64,000 bases of DNA from Gemmatimonadales bacterium (GTDB lineage: Bacteria; Gemmatimonadota; Gemmatimonadetes; Gemmatimonadales; GWC2-71-9), in contig DATFEG010000156.1 of NCBI GenBank assembly GCA_035251445.1, positions 3,528 through 67,527 on the forward strand, given 5' to 3'. Within the stretch, counting starts at the first letter, position 1. Each line of letters begins with the position of its first letter. The notes below the pieces were generated by a model. The model was not told where the DNA came from. It saw nothing but the letters and a program-made list of their open reading frames with translations, and ran no database searches. The translations under genes were made by a program, and so were the position numbers. This document shows, in pieces, positions 60,172 to 64,000 of this stretch.

Positions 60172-61350
60172 ATGATCTTCGAACTCGAAGAAACCGTTAC
60201 GCAGAACGCGCGGATGAAAGTTGTCGGCGTCGGGGGAGGGGGCGGCAACGCTCTCAACCGGATGATCGACGAGCACGTGAGCGGGGTCGAGTTCATCTCG
60301 GTGAACACCGATGCGCAGGCGCTGCTGACCAACAAGGCCGACGTGAAGGTGCAGATCGGCAAGAAGCTGACACGCGGGCTCGGCGCCGGCGCGCGGCCGG
60401 AGATCGGCCGTCAGGCGATCGAAGAAAACCGCGACGAAGTCCTGCACGCGCTGCAGGGCGCAGACCTCGTGTTCGTCACGTGCGGCATGGGCGGAGGCAC
60501 CGGAACGGGCGCGGCGCCGATCATTTCACAGATCGCCCGCGATCTCGGCGCCCTCACGATCGGGATCTGCACCAAGCCGTTCCTGTTCGAAGGGCGAAAG
60601 CGCATGCGTCAGGCGGAGATGGGCATCGCCGAGATGCGCAAGCACGTGGACACGATGATCGTCGTGCCGAACGAGCGGCTGCTCGCGGTGGTCGGCAAGG
60701 GCATTCCGTTCCAGGACGCACTGAAAAAAGCGGATGAAGTGCTGCTCCACGCGACGCAGGGCATTTCGGCGCTCATCTGTGTGACGGGGTTGGTGAATGT
60801 AGACTTCGCGGACGTGCGCACCGTTATGCAGAACGGCGGCGCGGCGTTGATGGGAACGGGCACGGGACGCGGCGAAAACCGCGCGATGGAAGCGGCGCAG
60901 CAGGCGATCTCGAGTCCGCTGCTCGACAACATCTCGATCGCCGGCGCCACCGGCGTGTTGATCAACATCACCGGCGGCGAAGACCTGACGCTCGGCGAAG
61001 TGACGCAAATCAGCGAAGCAATTCACGATGCCGCCGGCGACGAGGCGGAGATCATCTTCGGCGCCGTGAACGATCCCGCCATGCATGGCGAGGTCCGGAT
61101 CACGGTCATCGCGACCGGGTTCGACAAAACCGGCGCGCTGGCGGATGCATTGGCGGGCGGCGTGCCGCAGCGGTCGGCCGCCGGCGTGTTGCCGTTCCGC
61201 GACCGCGCGACGAAGCAGACGCCTGCGACACCGGCGGGAGGATTCGTCAAGCCGGCCGAGGCGCCCAAGCGGGGAAGCCCGCAGATGCCGCTGAATCCCG
61301 AGCTGGGTGAGATGGAGATTCCGACTTTCATCCGGAGACAGATGGACTGA
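60172..61350 (+). CDS. ftsZ: Cell division protein FtsZ
   Basis: It has the tubulin signature [17 protein letters not shown], and a C-terminal conserved peptide (EIPTFIRRQ). Confidence 0.98.
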   Translation: MIFELEETVTQNARMKVVGVGGGGGNALNRMIDEHVSGVEFISVNTDAQALLTNKADVKVQIGKKLTRGLGAGARPEIGRQAIEENRDEVLHALQGADLVFVTCGMGGGTGTGAAPIISQIARDLGALTIGICTKPFLFEGRKRMRQAEMGIAEMRKHVDTMIVVPNERLLAVVGKGIPFQDALKKADEVLLHATQGISALICVTGLVNVDFADVRTVMQNGGAALMGTGTGRGENRAMEAAQQAISSPLLDNISIAGATGVLINITGGEDLTLGEVTQISEAIHDAAGDEAEIIFGAVNDPAMHGEVRITVIATGFDKTGALADALAGGVPQRSAAGVLPFRDRATKQTPATPAGGFVKPAEAPKRGSPQMPLNPELGEMEIPTFIRRQMD

Positions 61351-62651
61351 TGCCGTGGCCGGCGTGGGGAGCGCGGACGAGTCATTACGTCGCGGCCGGC
61401 GTCTTGACGACCGTGATGCTGGGGTGGGCAGTGCACGAGGCGTGGCCGTCGCGCGAGATTCCGGTCGCCCTGCCCATTGTCGTAACGAGCGCGTACGACG
61501 AATGGGCTGACACGCTCGGCCGCCAGGAGATGCTCGCCGACGTCCTGGAGCGCGCGGGCATCACCGGCCGCGAGTATATCGCGTTCATGCGGGCGGCTCG
61601 CGTCCTGAATCCCCGGCGCATGCAGCCGGGACTCATTTTTGAAATCCGTCGCCAGAAGGGGCGGCCGGTCGCGAACCGGCTGGGCGTGCGCCTCGATCCG
61701 GAGCGGCGCCTGTGGATGATGCGGCTCGGCGGCGACTCCGGCTGGCAGGAAGTCATCGTCGACATCCCCTGGACGACGGAGCGCCTGCGCACCACAGCCG
61801 TGATTCAATCGAACCTGTACGACGCGCTCGACGCGGCGATCGCCGATTCGTTCCTGCCGGCCCGCCAGCGCGTCGGTCTCGCCTGGGCAATCGCCGATGT
61901 CTACGACTGGGAAATCGATTTCACGCGCGATCTTCGTCCGGGCGATCGCGTCGAGGTCTTGATCGAGCGCCGGCAATCACCCGAGGGCGAACGGCGTCTC
62001 GGTCGCATTCTGGCGGCTCGGGTCGAAGTCGGAGGCTCGCCGAGCTACGCCTTCGCGTTCGAGCCGCGGCCGGGGCAGATCGTCTTTTATGACGAACGCG
62101 GACGATCGTTGCGTCGTGCGTTCCTGCGCGCGCCGCTGCGCTTCAATCATATCTCGAGCCGCTTCGGCGGCCGCTACCATCCTATTCTCAGACGGTGGCG
62201 GTCACATCAAGGGACCGATTACGCCGCGGCGTACGGGACCCCGGTGCGCGCAACTGCCGACGGCGTCGTCACCGACGTGGGACGAAGCGGCGGCTACGGC
62301 AACCTGATCGAGCTGCGGCACGCCAATGGGATCCGGACCCGCTACGGGCATCTGTCGCGGTTCGCGACAGGACTGCATGTGGGACAGCGGGTGACGCAGG
62401 AACAGACGATTGGCTACGTCGGCTCAACGGGGCTGTCGACCGGACCGCATCTGCACTACGAGTTTCTGGTGAACGGCCGCCCGACGAACCCGCAGCGAAA
62501 GGACGCGGGTGCCGGCGAGGCCGTGCCGGGAAAGCTGCGGGCCGTATTCGACAGCGCGCGCGTGAGCCTGTTGGCCGAGCTGAGCCCCACGGTGGTGCCG
62601 TTCTCGAAGCCGTCGCTGGGCGCGGCGGCGAGTCCGGCTCGCGACGACTAA
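61350..62651 (+). CDS. M23-family peptidoglycan metalloendopeptidase
   Basis: It has an N-terminal TM and a C-terminal M23 domain with HQGTDYAA and TGPHLHYEF. Its start overlaps the ftsZ stop by 1 nt. Confidence 0.85.
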   Translation: MPWPAWGARTSHYVAAGVLTTVMLGWAVHEAWPSREIPVALPIVVTSAYDEWADTLGRQEMLADVLERAGITGREYIAFMRAARVLNPRRMQPGLIFEIRRQKGRPVANRLGVRLDPERRLWMMRLGGDSGWQEVIVDIPWTTERLRTTAVIQSNLYDALDAAIADSFLPARQRVGLAWAIADVYDWEIDFTRDLRPGDRVEVLIERRQSPEGERRLGRILAARVEVGGSPSYAFAFEPRPGQIVFYDERGRSLRRAFLRAPLRFNHISSRFGGRYHPILRRWRSHQGTDYAAAYGTPVRATADGVVTDVGRSGGYGNLIELRHANGIRTRYGHLSRFATGLHVGQRVTQEQTIGYVGSTGLSTGPHLHYEFLVNGRPTNPQRKDAGAGEAVPGKLRAVFDSARVSLLAELSPTVVPFSKPSLGAAASPARDD

Positions 62652-62675
62652 CCTTTCAGTCCACACTACATACTC

Positions 62676-63362
62676 GTGGAGCTCTATCCCGCCGTCGACA
62701 TAGAAGGCGGGCGCGTGGCACGCGCTCACGGGCGGGCGGCCGACCCGGTGGTTGCGCTCGACGAGTTCACGCGGGCCGGCACGCGCTGGATCCATCTCGT
62801 GGACATGGATCGCGCCTACGGGCGGACCGACAACCACGCCTTGATCGGCGCCGTGCTCAATGCGGCGACGGTGCGCGTTCAAGTCGGCGGCGGCCTGTTT
62901 CGCGAAATCGACATAGACCAGATGTTCACGCTGGGCGCCACGCGCGTCGTGATCGGGCCGCGCGGCGCCATCGACGCCGCCCTCGTCGAGCGACTGCTTG
63001 CGCGGCACGGCGCGAACCGGCTCGCCGTGGGCATCGACGCGAAAAACGGTCACGTTGCGCCACGCGGAACGAAAGAGATTCTCGACATGAGTGTGCGGGA
63101 GTTGGCGACGCGCGTGACCGGAGCCGGCATCCGGACGATCATCTATAACGAAGTGACCCGGGATGGGGCGCTCACCGGTCCCGACATCGAGGGCGCGACC
63201 GGGCTGCTCCCGCTCGGCGCCGATGTGATTGTTTCGGGGGGCGTCGGCTCGCTGGAAGACTTGCGCGCGGCGCGAGCCGCGGGGCTCGCGGGGGCGTGCG
63301 TCGGGCGCGCGCTCTATGACGGGCGGTTCACTATCGCGGAGGCCCTCGCGTGTCTCTCATGA
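62676..63362 (+). CDS. HisA/PriA-like (beta/alpha)8 isomerase family protein
   Basis: It has the N-terminal YPAVDIEGGRV, VGGGL and SGGVGSLEDL phosphate-binding motifs typical of HisA. It is isolated from any his operon in this window. Confidence 0.72.
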   Translation: MELYPAVDIEGGRVARAHGRAADPVVALDEFTRAGTRWIHLVDMDRAYGRTDNHALIGAVLNAATVRVQVGGGLFREIDIDQMFTLGATRVVIGPRGAIDAALVERLLARHGANRLAVGIDAKNGHVAPRGTKEILDMSVRELATRVTGAGIRTIIYNEVTRDGALTGPDIEGATGLLPLGADVIVSGGVGSLEDLRAARAAGLAGACVGRALYDGRFTIAEALACLS

Positions 63363-64000
63363 TTTTGAGAGGACTGGCCATGCTCGGGCTGATCCTGCTG
63401 CTGTGGAATCCCGCCAGCTCCCGCATCCTGCCGACCAGCGATCAGCCGATCGTGCTGCTCGATGCCTCGCTCAGCATGAGCGCTTCCTGGCGGGCTGCGC
63501 TGGACAGCGTACGGCCAATGATGGGTCGGCGCGCGGTGGTGTGGCGGTTCGGCCGCACGGTGGCCGGGTTCGATTCGGTGCCGCCGGGCGACGGCGCGAC
63601 GCGCCTCGCACCGGCGTTGGAGGCTGCCGCGGGCCGCGCCGGCGAGGTGGTCGTTGTGTCAGACGGTGCTGTGGAGGATGCGGCGTCGATCCCGCCGGAT
63701 CTGTTGCGCCGCCCCCGTGTCGTCCTGCTGCCGCGCGCTCCCTTTTTCGATGCCTTCATCGCGTCAGTCGAGGGCACGAAACATGTGACCCGCTCCGACA
63801 CCGTACGCTTGAAGGTGAGCTACGGAACTGCCGGGAGGCGGGAAACGGGGAACGGGAAACGAGGGACGCTGGCGGTCCGGATCGGTGAGCGCGACCTGGC
63901 GTCGCAGCGAGTGCCGCTTCCAGACAGTGGGACGATTACAACCGAGCTCACGTTTCCCGTTTCCCGTATCCCGTCTCCCGGTTGGTCTGTACTCGAGATT
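63359..64000 (+). CDS. Membrane-anchored vWA-like protein, 3-prime partial (runs off the window)
   Basis: This frame is open from the ATG at 63359 (ATGA overlap with the HisA-like stop) to the window end, and it is not in the supplied track. It has an N-terminal TM (LAMLGLILLLW) and a MIDAS-like DxSxS (LLDASLSMS). The track ORF 63229-63888 is in another frame and looks spurious. Confidence 0.5.
   Translation, partial: MILRGLAMLGLILLLWNPASSRILPTSDQPIVLLDASLSMSASWRAALDSVRPMMGRRAVVWRFGRTVAGFDSVPPGDGATRLAPALEAAAGRAGEVVVVSDGAVEDAASIPPDLLRRPRVVLLPRAPFFDAFIASVEGTKHVTRSDTVRLKVSYGTAGRRETGNGKRGTLAVRIGERDLASQRVPLPDSGTITTELTFPVSRIPSPGWSVLEI
63833..63868 (+). repeat. Heptanucleotide tandem array (GGGAAAC-type, about 5 units) inside the partial CDS
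   Basis: The sequence is gggaggc gggaaac ggggaac gggaaac gagggac g. It is the inverted partner of 63951-63981. Confidence 0.88.
63951..63981 (+). repeat. Heptanucleotide tandem array (CGTTTCC-type, about 4.5 units) inside the partial CDS
   Basis: The sequence cgtttcc cgtttcc cgtatcc cgtctcc cgg is the reverse complement of the 63833-63868 array. Confidence 0.88.

Noticed and set aside
63229-63888. A 219-aa track ORF overlaps the end of the HisA-like gene and the next gene.
   Set aside because: Its translation is Arg/Gly-rich low-complexity sequence. A different frame starting at the ATG at 63359 (ATGA-coupled to the HisA-like stop) stays open to the window end and gives a TM segment plus a vWA-like DxSxS motif.

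Overview
This is a visibly GC-rich bacterial chromosomal segment. GC content was not computed and the lineage cannot be assigned without a database search. Almost every gene is on the + strand and the genes are tightly packed, with many ATGA, GTGA and TGATG start/stop overlaps.

Gene content in order:
- multicopper oxidase, amidohydrolase, tRNA-Met, a small beta-barrel OMP, and a convergent minus-strand pair (SnoaL-like lipoprotein and flavin-reductase-like protein)
- tilS-hpt-ftsH
- a MacAB-like adaptor, ATPase and two FtsX permeases
- folP-cdaA and a DUF2723 membrane protein
- yggS-divIVA-PNP-ileS-dksA/traR-lspA-rluD
- an 18-gene, 17.4 kb chemosensory operon at 25.3-42.7 kb
- a peptidase-MA-like protein, tRNA-Val, a secreted TPR-like protein and tRNA-Asp
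- a dcw cluster (rsmH-ftsL-ftsI-murE-murF-mraY-murD-ftsW-murG-murC-ftsQ-ftsA-ftsZ), an M23 peptidase, a HisA-like barrel and a partial vWA-like gene

The main finding is the chemosensory operon. Its che genes (cheW/Y/A/C ... cheR/D/B/W/W) are split by an inserted Ras-like GTPase module. That module holds mglB-mglA, two further Roadblock proteins, two paralogous DUF4388(PATAN)-TPR proteins and a protein made of two tandem DnaA-like AAA+ modules with no DNA-binding domain. No MCP gene is present in the operon.

The second finding is a dispersed family of heptanucleotide tandem arrays. They occur in short spacers and inside conserved genes, and three of them form inverted pairs, one of which looks like a terminator between ftsW and murG.

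I saw no rRNA, CRISPR, transposase, integrase or prophage genes. Long antisense ORFs in the track are treated as GC-driven artefacts.
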